DNA from: Lingula anatina
Taxonomy: Eukaryota > Animalia > Brachiopoda
Assembly (NCBI GenBank): GCA_051362555.1
Contig: CM120645.1
Coordinates: 10,292,001-10,356,000, forward strand
Length of the DNA: 64,000 nucleotides
Direction of reading: 5' to 3'
Numbering within the stretch: the first letter of the stretch is position 1; every line of letters starts with the position of its first letter. Of the stretch, positions 37,206 through 52,515 are shown piece after piece. The notes beneath the pieces were generated by a model. The model made no database searches, was not told the origin of the DNA, and saw only the letters and a program-made list of their open reading frames with translations. Position numbers and translations under genes: made by a program.

Positions 37206-40200
37206 ATTTGAAATATGCAATTATAGAATCAATACTATCTTGTTTTGGAAGTATAAGAACATCAACATCGTTCTTGAACAGATACAGATGATAAAGACCA
37301 CTTTAAATATTACACTGTTGCTGAAATAATTGACCATGTTTCCTACAGTTACATGTATCATTAAATGAACCAAAAATTATGTAATAATTTATTTGTATGG
37401 CGTCAAATGAATAAAGGAAAAATTTTGCAGGAAACTTGGACTAATAAATCCCACCATTCAAAAGGTAGTCTTTGTAAGATCTTCCACCTTTCCAACTTAC
37501 TCAAGTGTCGGTCTCTATTGAGTGTTCGGAGCCATTTGAGGCACCATTTGACGAAATCAGAGACGACTCACACATACCACGCGCTTGCGCGCGCGAGAGG
37601 AAAAATTAAATAAGTCACAAATAAATAAATAAATGAATACAAATAAAATACTCACAAACAGTGTCTTGCATTTCAAATTTCCAAATTCTTTTCACTTGCA
37701 GTCACATATTTCATACTAATCAATGGAAAGCAAACCATACACGTGTATCGTGTATTACAGGCTTCACGGCACAGCAAGTACATGCATAATTAATTGCCGC
37801 TGCAGGCAGTGTATTTCACAGCATGCATGTCAATTGAAGTACGATTCACAAAAACACATCCTATTGAAAATCTCCTTGGGATTATTGACAGTTGAAATAA
37901 TTGTAGGGCGACACCTGGGAAGCGTACTTAATATACTAAAGCTCTAGGTGCCGACAGGAATTGCCATGGAAACTGGTTTGTAATTTGTCATCATCTGATT
38001 GTAATCTTATTGGCAGCCGGCTCCTTCAAAGATAATGACAACAAAACGAATTTGTCTCGGTGCTTAGTTGACAGTATCGACATAAACAAGAGTCTTTCGG
38101 AGGGGATTTTTTTTCACGAGGACGTTCGAGGAAGTGGTTTTTCCATATCGATGTTTTTAAAATGAAAATGTGGGGAGTGGGACGCCATTAGGCAAAGAAC
38201 CACAAGGGAACCCCTTTAAAACACAATTAGATAGACAACTCTGAGCGCGTTCACAATAAAACTATCGCACTACATTTGTACAGTAGTAGTTCGAATGACA
38301 GGCATAGCTCCGCGGGGAATCTTGCTGAATGCAATCAAACTGACACGCCTCTTCTTGATACCAATGCTCTCGTACCTGTATAACCATCAGGTTTTTTGTA
38401 TTCTACCCAACTTCAGGAAGAGGCCGAGGCTCTATATTTCGGTATTGCCAGCTCGATCTTGATTTCATATACAACCCACATCAGCAATAAATGCATGTGT
38501 AAAGCTGACACATGGAAAGGTATAGTGAGCAAGCTAGCTTTATAGTGCTCTGACACTCAGAGTAGGATAGGCGTGGTAACCTATTAATCTGATTGCAATG
38601 AGAGAGAGTCCTCACAGAGTTAGTCCGAAATACCTAGTACGCGAATGAACCCTCAGGCGAATGTTGGGTCATTTTTATATTGAAAATAATTACTTTATTA
38701 CATTTCAGAGACTATACAAGCAAGTAATTATTTTATTTTTATCCGAACAGTAAGAACCGCAAAATAGCTCCGCTGTAAAATAATAGCAAATATATCGATG
38801 AGGCAGGTTGGAAGCCAAGAAATGATCACATTTTACAAAAGACGCAACGATTTGATGCAAAAAAATGCCACAGAAAGTAATTTCACGCGAAATTCTACTT
38901 TTGAAAGAAAGAATTCGGTCATTAGACCACAGCAACAGTATATGTAGTCGAGGAAACTGTTCATCATAGCAAATTTAACTTCCTACAACACATTGCAAAA
39001 ATTATCTATACCCTTACGGCTTTGTTTTGTCGTCCTTGACTCAATAGCAATGGTTTTTACCTTACTGACAAAGTTCATTATCTTATTTTTTCAACTTGTT
39101 TTTGCATGCTTGATGTAGACGCTTATAGATGGTAATGAGTAGAACAAAAAACCTGTGCGATTTTTCTTCCGTTTTTTCTTTCGTTTCGAGTCCAGATATC
39201 TATTCAGGCATCTTTAAAATGAAAAAGCGACCAGCAGTCTCAATCCACAAAACCAATTATATGAGATAAAAGGCTCTATGCATTTTGCAATTACCCCGAG
39301 TAAAGGTAAGGAGAAATGAACCCCTAGCTTCTTCTGCCCTGGTGTGGCACAGTTGCGGATCTAACTGTAACTGATATTGGTTTCTTAGAGGTATTTAATT
39401 ACAAATCAATACCAGAATATCAAATTCAACCAGACCTTCTTGATAACGCCGGAGTCAAGGTCCTGATAACAAGACATACCCGGGTGTTAAATATAGAAGG
39501 CTATAAACAGTGTATCTATTGTCACCTTACATGCAACAACGTAACAATCTTTAAAAGAGCGAAAACAAGCTCAATGACCTGATAATAAGACCTACAAAAC
39601 ACAGAACTGACTATAAGCAGTGTAAGTATTGACACTGGCATAATCCTTAGGTATACAAAAAAATGAAACCAACCATTAAACTGTCAACAACGCGCACCTA
39701 CCAGTACCGGCAGCTTTGTTACATGTTTATAATAGATGTCTGTATGTTATATACGTTATATGTCACATGTTCATGTTCTTACAGCAGCACTTCCTATGTG
39801 TATCCCATACAGTCTAAAAGATCTCACATCTTCGCGCAAGATCGAGGGACTTGGCATTGGGGTGGGGGTCTAAAATAATAATATGACAGACAAGCAAGTG
39901 CGATGAGGGAACGAATTTTTCAATAAAATCTGACAGAATTTGTCTACGTATGTTTTTCCGGTTGATTTTTTTAAGAACGAGAAATTAAATATGAAAATAA
40001 GGTGTCATATTCATGAAATAAAGCCCAAGCTACCAGCTCGTATACCTATAAATCAAACATACTTATAGAGCTAAATCATCCAGACTGTACATCATTTTGT
40101 GTGTGAAAGTATATACAAGTAGGACATGCGATGCTAAATTTTTGGGAATGCACGTCCAATTTCTGAATCCTAGCAATGTATGCGTTAGGACTTCCATTCC

Positions 40201-40236
40201 CAGCAAAGCATTCTCTAGGACTTTTATTCCCTGGAC

Positions 40237-40406
40237 TAGGGGCGGATTGAGGTTGTCTTCTGGGTCTTCCTGAAGACGGTCAGATTTCAAAGTTTACATT
40301 GCCGACAATACATATCTTTTTCTGTCGGAAGACGGTCAAAAATGGAGGATGGATCGACAAAGATAATTTTGAAGGCTGTCAGAAAATATCTCTGGATCCT
40401 CCCCTG
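40237..40406. mobile_element. MITE, CAGGGGCGG-ended family (inverted relative to 14511-14686)
   Basis: TAGGGGCGGATTGAGG...CTGGATCCTCCCCTG. Its shadow ORF KSDRLQEDPED.LNPPL is shared with ORF 14540-14749. Confidence 0.8.
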
Positions 40407-40639
40407 TCAAAACTAGCATTACTAAGACGTGAGCTCCTGCCACACAGGCAAAGACAGCATACGCCGTCCTCCTCTACCCTTGAAGGAAGTCTCGTAGACT
40501 TTACCTTTAGATACATATAGTTGTTTTGATAACTTCAGACTGTGACCGCATACCGTATCACAGACACAACAAACCTGACCTTTTACCCTCGCGGAACAGG
40601 GAATCTCGATCTAGTGTCTCGCGTAGCCGTGGCTCATTC

Positions 40640-40892
40640 ACAGTGAAATTATCGATCTACGTAGATCGATCCAACACTTCGGTGACTCGCTGAATGCAGT
40701 CAGACTAACATAAACACCCCTCCTCCTGGCGTTAGGCAAGAAGCAGAAAAGCTGGTGATTACACGAGTAGGCTGGAAACAAGAGGAGGCGTGTTTTTAAA
40801 AAAATTAATCTGATTGCATTTAGCAAGAGTAGGAGTTGGAGTTGGATCGACCTACGTTGCACGATAATTTCATTGGGAATGAGCCCTAAAGC
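40640..40892. mobile_element. Degenerate palindromic repeat family (relatives at ~8630-8790, ~14885-15050, ~38320-38420)
   Basis: Arms TGAAATTATCG..TACGTAGATCGATCCAAC / GTTGGATCGACCTACGTTGCACGATAATTTCA. The CTGAATGCAATCAAA motif recurs in the other copies. Confidence 0.6.
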
Positions 40893-41346
40893 ACGCACTG
40901 ATCGGAACAGCTGCATAACAAAAAACATTATACAACATGTTGGTGATTATTGGGGCACAAACATATTCTACGAGTCCAGTTTTCCCTCTGTGCATTCTGT
41001 GTATTAACTGGGTAGAATATACGAAGAATAGTTTGGGTTATTAATGGTGCATTATGATATACAGGTACCGGTAAATCACATAGAGCAAATGATTTATGCC
41101 TTATCATATTCAGAAGAGCACTAACTGACTTTCTGCTTCACAGTTACAACTTGTGTACGTCTCAAAGCAGTCCTAAAAACACGTAAATATCCTGTCACTA
41201 CATACATGTGGCGGCAAGGTTAGCTACATTGTTCATATACTTAATAAGTGCCAGTGACGTGATGCAATGTTTCAGACGTGTCACATATGTGTTGATGTTA
41301 TTAATGGACCCACACAGCATTTTCACACGAAGTACTCAGTAGTAAT

Positions 41347-41514
41347 CCGGCCCGTAGCCAGGGGGATTCGGGGGGTTCGAAAGAACCGCCCCTTTTGCTG
41401 GGAAAAGGTCCACTCTGGGTAAAATTTTATCTAGGTACATGAACTTTTTATGGGAAAAGGTCCACTTTTTTCAGTAAAAGAACCCCCCTTTTGAAATTGC
41501 TGGCTACGGGCCTG
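41347..41514. mobile_element. MITE with C(A)GGCCCGTAGCCAG TIRs
   Basis: CCGGCCCGTAGCCAG / CTGGCTACGGGCCTG ends flanked by an exact AGTAAT duplication. Confidence 0.85.
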
Positions 41515-41999
41515 AGTAATATACTGTAACTAAACCATTAAGTGTATCAACGATGAAGTGGTTTCAGATCCATAATACATGTACGCCGATATAAGTAAGC
41601 TAACAGTAGAACTTATAGATCGAAGCATACTCATGTACAGTACGTAGGCCTACATACGAGTTCCCAGGAGATAGGTACGCTGGGATTTAATGGGAAACAA
41701 ATATATTCGATATAGCCAATGTCTCCAGACATGCACAAAGCAACGTCATTCGAAATTTTGTGGAATTTGGAGGAGAGTGTGGTCAGGAATTATGGCGGAC
41801 TAGAGAGTACAATGAGGCCACGAATAAAAACTGACAGAATTACATCACGGATATTTTTATTCTTATTTTCTCTTCTGCCGAAATAAATCAACTGCGAATG
41901 AGCACTAATTCATCATGCTTTTGAATATCACTTTTATTCCCGCATGCCGCTTATAACAATAACAGTATGTCCCAATTAGTGCTTAAAAGTTGACCAAAA

Positions 42000-42260
42000 G
42001 CCTGGGTTCCCATACCTAGATCAATCTAACAGGATTGACCCATCTCCAAGGGGTTACTCGCTAAATTGCTTTCAGCTTAAGCGGCTTAGATGTCTGGCAC
42101 GCCTACTGAAGCTGCTTAACGATAATACATTGGCCCCCTAGCACCTTTCGTAGGCATACAAGCCATATAAGCCGCTTAAGTTGATAGGAATTTAGCAAGA
42201 ATCCACTTGGAGATAGATCGATCCAAAGTTAGTACGATAGGGTCTAGGAATTCCCAAACT
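42000..42260. mobile_element. Degenerate foldback/palindromic element
   Basis: ATCTCCAAG..CTCGCTAAATT..CAGCTTAAGCGGCTTA pairs with TAAGCCGCTTAAGTTGA..AATTTAGCAAG..CTTGGAGAT. Confidence 0.65.
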
Positions 42261-42753
42261 CTCGTGAATTCTCGTGCAGTTGCCGATTACTCCCATTAAG
42301 GTAGTGCGGACCTACTGCAAGGGGACTGTGTCATATGTAAGGTCTGTGACATACATAATCTTCTCTACACCAGAGAAAAAAGCAATCAAAAACGCTTCCA
42401 CTCAATCAAAATACATGAACCGGCATCAGCCGCCTCGATAGATATCTAGGTCACTTATCTAAATGTCAATAGAGTCTGAAATTCAAACACCTGCTAATAT
42501 TTACCCTCTTGTCGAAAACCATGCTCTTTAACTCAGCAAGACTTTCAATGATAGAAGAGATAGGTAAGTAGACTGCTGCCTATTTTAAGAACCCTGCCAC
42601 AGTACTCTGATTGATTCGCTGGTTGACTTATCAGAAATGTTATTCATGTATTAAATAAAGTAAAAAAAGTGAATTCCTGGCTCCTGCAATCAGTAACCTC
42701 AAACAGGAAACAAAAAGATCCATTATCCTAAAATTGAAGCAGAGATAAACAGA

Positions 42754-42874
<121 letters not shown>

Positions 42875-45800
42875 ACACTGTATTGTTAAGTGCCTCATAA
42901 GTCATCGTTTAACTCGCCGTATAAAGCACGGCAGCAAAAATAAGTAAAAATAAGTCACTTTAGTGGCGTACAGTTACCTGACCTAAACTGAACTGGTCCG
43001 TAATAAGTTAGGTTGGTCCATCTATACAAGAGACATGTCTATATTGAGCTGGGCCGTGCTACATGAAAACTGTCTCGATCCATCTATACTGAAAACAGAA
43101 TTTTTTAGCTGGGCCGTACTAAGTTTGGCCGTCTCATCTTTCCTGGAAACAGGTCTACTACTACTACTGACTTGGGTATACGAGCCTACCCTGTACTTAA
43201 AATAGACATGTGCCCTGCCTCTACACAAGTGTCTGCTGTGACACTACACTTTCATCATGTAAATATATGTGGCTTAATAATTATGGGAAGAAACCAAAAT
43301 GCTTTTTTTTATATTTGGAGAGGCATGAATTATTCAGCATTCAAGTATTGATAATCAGGGTGAGAGGGGCTAATATATATATTTTGCAATTGTGCACACG
43401 AATAGTTATACCATTGTAGGGTCTTGAGCGAGCGTATTTTATCCTTAATGTATATCATATAATATTCATAGAACTCATTTTATCCGTGTCAATGCTTAGC
43501 TGGCAGGCAGCCGCTAAAATACATATTGACGTTGCTTTTTTTCAGCCAAAATAAATCATTTCAGAATTTGTTGTAATAAGCCTAGCATTAGACGTTCATT
43601 GTGGAGGCCCACTGAAGCCTACAGCATTGTGGGCAGGTCACCATGTACTGCTTGTAAACTGACTTTACCCCCGGTAGTAGATTGTAGGCACTGTTGACAT
43701 TTTCTCAGCCCGCAAAATTCTCAAAGAGTAGAACACAACCGCTGTTCATGCACCAACTTGTTATATGATTTTATGTCGTGATATTTCAATTTCGTAATCC
43801 TTGCATGCGGTTACATTTGATATTTACAAGCAACCAGTGAATCATTGTTGCATGCAGTGTACACATCTTGGAGATTGACACGTTCCTTCACTCAGTGCGT
43901 CTGCTGGTGTGTCTCTGTCTGTCTGTCTGTCTGTCTGTCAGCTTGTCTGATTGTTGATCAATGAGAAAGTAAAAAACTGGGGATATCTTCATGTACCGTG
44001 TACAAGGTCATGGAATGTGAATCACCCCCCCCCCCTCCTGAACGCAGTGAATCATTTTCATCATCGAATTACTCCAGCACTAAGGGTTAAATTCAACTTA
44101 TACCTTACCTGATGGACATCTCTTGATAAAAGTTCTATGGCCTAGATAGACTGAGTAAGACCTTCTCCGTGATCAAGTCGATCAAGTGCGAAAAATCGTC
44201 ATTAGTCTAGCAGAATCCTTACTTGTTGAATCGTCTTAACGTTCGAAGAGTGCAGCAGGGATAAAATACCGTAACACCAACACCAGGTGTTGTGCATTGA
44301 ACAACGCTACACTGTGGTTTTAATCCAAATATAAATGACTCAAAACAGCGGCACACTGATAAACGCTTCCTAGGTCCGAGGTTAATGCAGTTTCTTAGTC
44401 TAATAGACCTCCGCGCCGCCGAGTTTGGTAGCGCCAATGCAACCTACAGCGTTCACCCGCCGAGGTGAGGTTTTAACTCTACTCCGCCACAGCGTCGGTA
44501 TATTGTTTTCACTAGTTATTCGTAGATGTGGCTCTGGCTTCTCGCTAGCTGTGCGTGTGTGTTTCTGTACTGTGAGGAATTCAGCACAATACTGTTGTCA
44601 GCCCTCAGCTGGGCCTTGGGGAAAAAGTTAATACGGCTTAAAGGCAGGCGATCCGATTGGGTAGAAATGACTTGCGCATATATACCAACGCAATCTTGCC
44701 GTCAACATGTGTTCAGTTGATTATTTAACGGCATGTCAATCTGGGTTTGGAGAGATATCACACACGAAGACCTTGAAATAGCAAGGCCGACTTCCCAAGC
44801 AGCAGACGACCATGACATTCGCTGAATGTCATCCACGCAAAAATATCACATTATTATCAATGATAATCGGGAAACTTGAGAAAGTGGCAAAATGTCATCC
44901 TGTTTTTCATCAGTGAATGACCCCTATGATACAATGACCATGCATGGTCAGCAACACGTGATGGGTAGTGTTTTGTTATTGATGCTACCTATATAGCTAG
45001 CTATAGTGCACGACTGAAGCCCGCTGACCCATTATCTAAGAGGGCCGCGTCAAAGTAGCCCAAGGCCGAAAAAGAAACCCGAGACATCTTGTACAATGTC
45101 TATTATGACCGATTTACTAAGGAATTTATTTTTAACACGTAGACCAATTGAATGAGATTTACATGTACCTGAGTTCGGTATAAATCCACAACTGTCCATA
45201 TCGATAAATATTTTTTTCACCAATGTACTTCACCATTTAGTTTATTAGTATACGTGGTGTATAAAGATAAGTGTCTTCATTCAAATGCTGTATTATTATT
45301 ATTATTTTTATTATATCGTAGGCCTACTAGGTCATGTTAATATATATACCAGTAAAGGCACACATTGAAATCGAATTGAATTCTATAGAATTAATATATA
45401 TAGTGTATACTGTGTATATACAAAGTGCTGGTACATATAAGAAACAACAGTCACGTTGTTTTGCCACGGACCAGCCAATTCATTTAATTTACTACTCCTG
45501 ACACGTATTTGGTCAAAGTAGCCCCAAGTTTAATTTAATCTTAAAGTTAGACAAGTTGTTAGGCGAAGGATATTTTGTGATATAGTTCTTGGGTTAATTT
45601 TACAGAAAATACTGATATACCTTGGCAAATGGTCCGCCTAACAGAGACGGACCATTCGATTTATGAGACCGAAACTCATAAATCCTAAAAACTAAATAAA
45701 AAATAGTTTTGTCGTAAGCCTCCGGGTCCGACCACAGAAATAACAGCTGTTTGTCAGTCTGATATGTTCAAAAAACATGTCTTTTGAAATCAAATAGTTG

Positions 45801-48800
45801 GAATGCTGAACAAGCGAAAATGTGCAAACATACATGTATGATTATGAACAGAAGGCGATAAAAAATTGAAACCAATAGGGTTCGGCACGCAAACAGCAAG
45901 TTATAATATGACGTGTAGACACATACTGGAAGGGATCGAAGCATTTTGTACCTACAGGTATATGGTGGACAGATAGATAGACTACACTGTTGGCAACTTG
46001 CTATATAATCCTCACGAAGGCAAAAACTTAAAGTACAGGTAGATTCACTTTCTGATGGGATTTCACATACTAGAAAGTGTCCCCGGGTTTAAATTTGTAC
46101 TGTGAATGAAGATTGACAGAACAATAAAATGGGGTCAAACGCTGGGGGCGTAGAACTTGATTTTGACCGCTCCTTCATTGGCGACACACGGTTAGCATGC
46201 CTGTAAACCCATAGGTGATACACACTCTCACTGTACGCACTAAAAAAAATTGCTTAAAAAAGCATCGAGACCTTTGTTCTAGTGTTCTCCGTTTTTTTTT
46301 TAAATACGCGACGGGAATGGTAGTCAGCAAGGATCTGTAGTTTTTTCCATTACTTGATACAGATAACATTCGTCCCATACTAACTTACTGGCCTCGATAC
46401 TTCTGGGAAAACCCCAGTTAACCTGCACTTATCACATTGGACCCCTGAGTCCCCTCCCTTGATCCGCCATTCTGCTGCGAAAGTCAATTCTATGCGTCAT
46501 AGTTTGCTATAGTTATATAGGAATAGTCTACAGAATTATTGGAGCACGAAAAAATATTGTTTGAAAACCGATAAATCTGCCTCTCAAACATTTTACAGTC
46601 CCGTCACTTTGGCGGGGCTGAAATAGACACATCGAATATTCACTTAAGTAAGGACTCGTGGGAAATCAAGTATTTGAATGAAAATAAATAGTACACCGGG
46701 TATTCGTATCTTTCACCAGGTTGAAATGCAGTTTTTTTTTTAATTTCCAATCCATAGCCTCCTTCTTTGCGACAGGATGTTGCAGTTCAACTGTATCTGT
46801 CTGTTAAATTGACGTGCCAATCAATGCACCAAATGGTGGTCACATCAATTGCCAAAACGGCCGTCAAAAGTTACACAGCAGACAAAGTTTGTCAAGTTGT
46901 CGTAACCCCACTCTGTAATTACTTTCTTTCTCAAAAGAAATTAAAATTGTCAATGTTTTATCAAGGTTAATTTATAAGAAAATGGCATTGAAAATTACTT
47001 GCAGATGTACCTTTATTGATTAAAAAATAAACTTTTTTCATTCATTTGAATACATTTTGGTGCTACTCAATTCCTCAGTTTTTTTATTGACTTGTCAATC
47101 ACTATAACGTTAAGGGGATCTGTGAAGGGTGTAAACGTCATTAACGCCGTGAATCCATAATGCCCCGGTTATATTGGCACAGGTTTAACACGACGGTATA
47201 ATGACTCCAGTAAGTGATAGCAATATACAGACACGCACTTGAACACATGGATTTAAAAATTGCTAAGAATAAACTGCAGTATGAAACCTTATTAATACTG
47301 CAGAGTTGTGTCGCGAGGATTGCATGTGGTAAATTACGTAAGAGCACACCAGTATATCTTGTTATGTTTCATGCCTTATCGGTTTTATCGCTGGATTATT
47401 CACTATTCAGTGAAATCGACACTGATGGGTCAGGTAGCGTTAAAAACACGTTTCCTTCACATAAGTTCAAATTACATTATTACTTACTACTTTGGACCTC
47501 ATCCATCAAGGCGGTAACCAATATCGTCGCTGATGAAGTTCTGAGATAGCAACTGAGACAATTTTTTACGTCCATAAACAGGCATCAAAACACAGGATGT
47601 TCTTGAGCAAAAAGAGATGGAAGTAGGAGCTAGATACCCACGTGACATATTCCTTTTTAATACAAATATCTCCGCTAATACCGGTGGTTTATTACGTCAC
47701 TCTGGATCTAACCAATGAGAGGGGTCGGTGCCGTTCTGTTGCCGAGCTTGGTGGACGAACATTTGTACATGTAAGTTCTATGGTTTGTAAAGAAACAACC
47801 AGCAAGTCTTTAAGATGGTCGTTCGGTTTGGGATAGAATAAAAGGCTATTTGGCCACATTCCAAGATGTCAGAATTACGGTAACATTGTGACCTTTAACG
47901 CTTTCATACGTAAACAAATACACTGATTGCATAATGATAATAAGTAAAGTTTTACATTTTTCATCTTCTTGTTGGTACATGTATGGGCAACTAAAACCAT
48001 CACCAACGACAACTCCATCTCCATGTATGCCTTACATTTGTGCAATACAAAAAGTGGCTACATGCATGCATGGGTACACTTGGATTAAAGCCAACATATT
48101 AAATAATGAGAAAAAAGATTTAAGCGTTCTTATATCATACCAGTCGCAAACAAAATTTGGCAGGTTGCCAGTCTTTCTGACCGCAAATACAGTTAAATGA
48201 TCATAAATAAAATCTTGAATACATTTGGTTATTCAGTATGCTTTACATAGGAAGAAAAAATGCTTCAAAATATGGATATAAAATAAAGATATATGGAATC
48301 TGAAACAGCAAAAATGATTGTGGATCTAGATGAAAGATTAAAAAACAAATATATCCATATATAAATAAACAACAAGGAAGATCCCCAATCATAACATTTT
48401 TAAGGGATCAATTGACTCGGTAGCGCGAATTTCTGACTTGCAAGATAATACCTAGCATTGCATAATATATATGCCAAACATTTCCTCGTAAAGGTCTCTC
48501 AGATTATATCATCCGGCAGGGAATCTTGCCTTAACATTTTACCTTTACTTTTTTGCAGCCATTCGATCAATATGTGATACAAGTCTCAGCACGGTGTCAT
48601 GCAATGCTCTCATCATAAATATTAGAACTGACAGATGAGTCTATACTCCAATATCGAAGCAACATGAATCCAAAGAAACTCAATTCATTATGGACTGTGA
48701 ACTTGAGGAAATGATTTCTTTTCAATGTGCCATCTGGCAGCAGGAAATATACACATGTATACATAGTATTTATGAACACCTTCATAATTCCTTTTTGACG

Positions 48801-50338
48801 AAGGACAAAAATCTTTACCTCAACGTACATGTATATGTTATATACGGCACGGCTAAATAATTGCGGATTTCTTTCCAGATTGTAAAGTAACACAGTAAAA
48901 TGAGAAAATAATTGGGCAAGTCAGTGTTATACAAATCGTACTCAAAATACATGTATATGCATGTGCATCTGTATATATGTGACTTACGATTAATTAAAAT
49001 ATTCATTACAAAGTTATAGTACCGGTATGGTAGAGCTTAAGCAAGTTTGTGCATCTTAGCTACAGATTTATTAGCATATTATATTTGATACATGCATTTG
49101 CCGTGGTTATACGTGTATAATTAACAAATAAAGTAACTGAAATCGTATGTTGATTTGATTCTTTTATGTTTAGGAGCTGATATGCTTTGTTAAATGCATA
49201 TGGATTTATATTGCTTTGAATAGGCAAAAATAGATCTTTAATGCGTATGTTTGTTGTTCGGGTTCATTTGCTTTGTCTATGAAGCGGCTTCACGCACTAG
49301 TTAATGAGGGTCTCGCCCGAAGAAATTGCTCAATGAACTCAATACAAGTCCAACAATTGACTATCAGATGATCTTCGTTCAGACACAGAACCCAGCACAG
49401 GGAAATTTGCCGTCTTCCTGCTGCAAAGAATACCACGTATGCGTTGTCATTTTTACAATGAAATATCATTATTTTGCTGATTTTGCACCTCGTGTGGCTT
49501 TATAATCCAAAAGTACAGTAATTTAATAAAAGGAAAAGATGAGATGAATTTATCGGGAACTAAAACCGCTATAAGAATAATTTAAAGACAAGCAAAAAGT
49601 GCCGACAATATTGAGATGAACTGCTGCGTTCACGTAAAAAAATTACATCCTGAGGACTCTGTCATAATAAGGAAATCAAAGATTTTTTTAACTGAAACAG
49701 CTTCTTTTTCTGAGAACTGGATATACGTGTGGAAGGAAATGTCAAATTCGTTAAAAATAATAAGCATCTGAGGTGCAGTGAGAAGGCAAATTACTGACGT
49801 TTCATGATTTTTCCACTTCATGTAGTGCCATTGTACATAATTACTTTTCGTGAGACGGAATTAATATTGCTTAAGGACAATGGAATCTAGTGCTTTTAGT
49901 GAAAAAGAAAAAAATGTCTATTCACTAGTCTTTCTCTCTATTTATACGTAGGCTATAAATCCCCACTCATTAAACATATTATGTACTTATTGTTTGCATC
50001 AATGCACTAATAAGCACCTCTAAATAAACCATAATTGGGGGACGCAGGTGGTAATAAAGCTGCATTAATTCAGTTACGTCAGAGGGTGTCCGCTCTGTGA
50101 CCTTGTTGCATGGGTTCTTGTCGTTACAAACACGAATCCCTCAGAAAGTTGAAGGCCAGCAAGGTCATTGTGTTAGATAATACACTCACGTTGTTCTTTA
50201 TTTTCCAAAGATTTAACTCCATGTGCAGATTAAGAGATTATATGCGTATGATTTTCTGCAGCGAGTGTCAATTGACGAACAATTCAGTTTCCGAAAAGGT
50301 CTAGGAACAGTTCGAACAATTCAGTAATAAAAAGTTAA

Positions 50339-50672
50339 AGGGATAACTCTTCGTTTTGGCCAAAAAATGAATTTTCCTGGAGTAAACAATAATTTTCCCA
50401 TACTTACCAATGGTTAATGAATCCATTTTTACATTCAAAGTTAGTCCCTGTTTTTTTTCTAAAAAGTTTGGTTTTTTGTTTAAATCTCTTAAAAGATTTT
50501 AACAGAGTATAGCCATCAATGGAGGTCACGTGGTCTGAAGACAAGCTCAGATATCAGAATAATAGCTATAACTGCCGTTTTTATGGTAAAACAGAACATA
50601 TTATATTTCTATGAGTTATTCACATTGTTTTTATTGTGAAATATAGATCTCATACGAAGAGTTATTATCCCT
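50339..50672. mobile_element. TTAA-flanked MITE (Kolobok-like)
   Basis: TTAA|AGGGATAACTCTTCGT ... ACGAAGAGTTAT(TAT)CCCT|TTAC. Confidence 0.65.
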
Positions 50673-52029
50673 TTACGTAAATCCGACCAAATGCCACCAC
50701 AACGTTTCAAACAGCAGAACTTTAAGAAATACCAAATGGTAATGTTTAATATTTCCCGAAAATTGATACTGGGGCAGACATTATATGCTTAGTGCATTAT
50801 TTTTAACGAATTTACTTTTATTTGAATAATTATGCTATAGTGCTTGTAGCAAAAAAAGCGTCATACATTACTATGTAATTTTTTTAATCGACGGACAGAT
50901 AATTAGGTCTAATTTACGGCCAGAAATGTGAACAAAGTGCAGTCCTTTGGAGGTTACCGGGTGATTGATTCGGTTCCTCCTTTGGCATGTCGACTAAGAG
51001 GTACAGGGGTATAAGAAACTAATAGCAGTGGTTTATATGCGTTACAGAGAATCTACGCTCGATTCATATGTAATAACACGAAAGGTATTCTCCACGCATT
51101 TGAAAATCCCCAATGGCCATATTTATATCCTACAAAGCTTTTTATATTTCTCAAAAAGATAAAGGCGATAAGTCCCTGTCAAGAAAACTTTTCTGAATTA
51201 AGCGTACCTAGTGTCGTTATAATCTTCTCTGCCTTCTCTACGGCCGTTGCATGTAGCCCGCAACGATTGATAGCAGACTTTATTTCACTGGGCAGTCATT
51301 TTAAACTAAAGTATTAAATTAGAAATGGAATTAGACATCGAATCCACGTGCAAGGACGGGTCAAACAATAATTCATGAGTACATGTAGAAAAAAATGTCT
51401 CTTTACTACACGAAAATTCATTTTGCGGGTAATATTCCGTGGAGAGCACATTTAAGTAGTTACATGATTCATAACAAAGGTTCTATTCCATCATTTTCCT
51501 TTATTTGAGAATTGCGTGATAGTGACTTCCCTCCCGGCTTTTGATTTATTTTCAAATAATCTTGAGACTGGAGGACATATTACTATCAAAATGCTGCGTG
51601 CAGACATGCGATTAAAGCTAGACTTTTTTTACTCATTGTTGAAATTGTTGACGCAAAACACACACTCTCATTTTCTTTCTCTCTCTCTCTCGCACACACA
51701 CACACGCACACATACACACACACACACTATTATTAGTTGGCCAGCAAATGCTACAGGTGACTCTCTCTCTAGCTTCTCGCACGTCGTCATTCGCGTGGCT
51801 GGGCGCGGCACACTACTAAAATAGGGACTACATGTATGTATGTATTTAGCTAAGATCCTGGGGTAAGTGTAGGGCCTCCCGTTAAAATGTAAAATTGTTG
51901 CATCTTTTGAATGTCTGAAGACACATCTTAGCCTTACATTGTCCTGTCTCCAGTAATTTTACTTGGACTCAACAGATGTTCTCCGAATTCAGATAAGTGA
52001 TTGTTCCGGTTATAAAAACAGAACAATCA

Positions 52030-52064
<35 letters not shown>

Positions 52065-52515
52065 AATAAAAACAAACAAACAAACAAACAAATAAATAAA
52101 TAAATAAATAAATAATGGGAAATATAAAATGAGGCAAAATAGTGCTTTTCCCAAGGCACACTTTCAAATATGCTTTCCGTCTGTAATTTCAATTTTCAAT
52201 TAAATTAAAATATTCAAGTAAACTATGGAAAAGAGCATATGCGCAGTTATCAGTTCTTAACCCCTACCTCCCCCCACCAAAACTGCGATAACTATTAAAA
52301 AGTAAACACTGGTAACAGCCATTTGATTACTTCATTATTAAAGAACTTCCATCGCCAAGGGGAAAAACACTGAGTGATTCAAATTTTGATAACGCTTTTA
52401 GTGGATAGTTTAAACACTTGGCAGTGTTTTGAACATTCATTGGTCTGGTAGCGTCCGCCTGCTATTTGCGTTGTCAGGCCGCGAGTGAAAGGAAAAGGTG
52501 ATTAGTGCGCGTTAA

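Noticed and set aside
33800-37660. Candidate non-coding 5' exons of the dispanin gene (minus-strand donors near 33806 and 37650)
   Set aside because: Donor-like hexamers alone are insufficient without transcript data.
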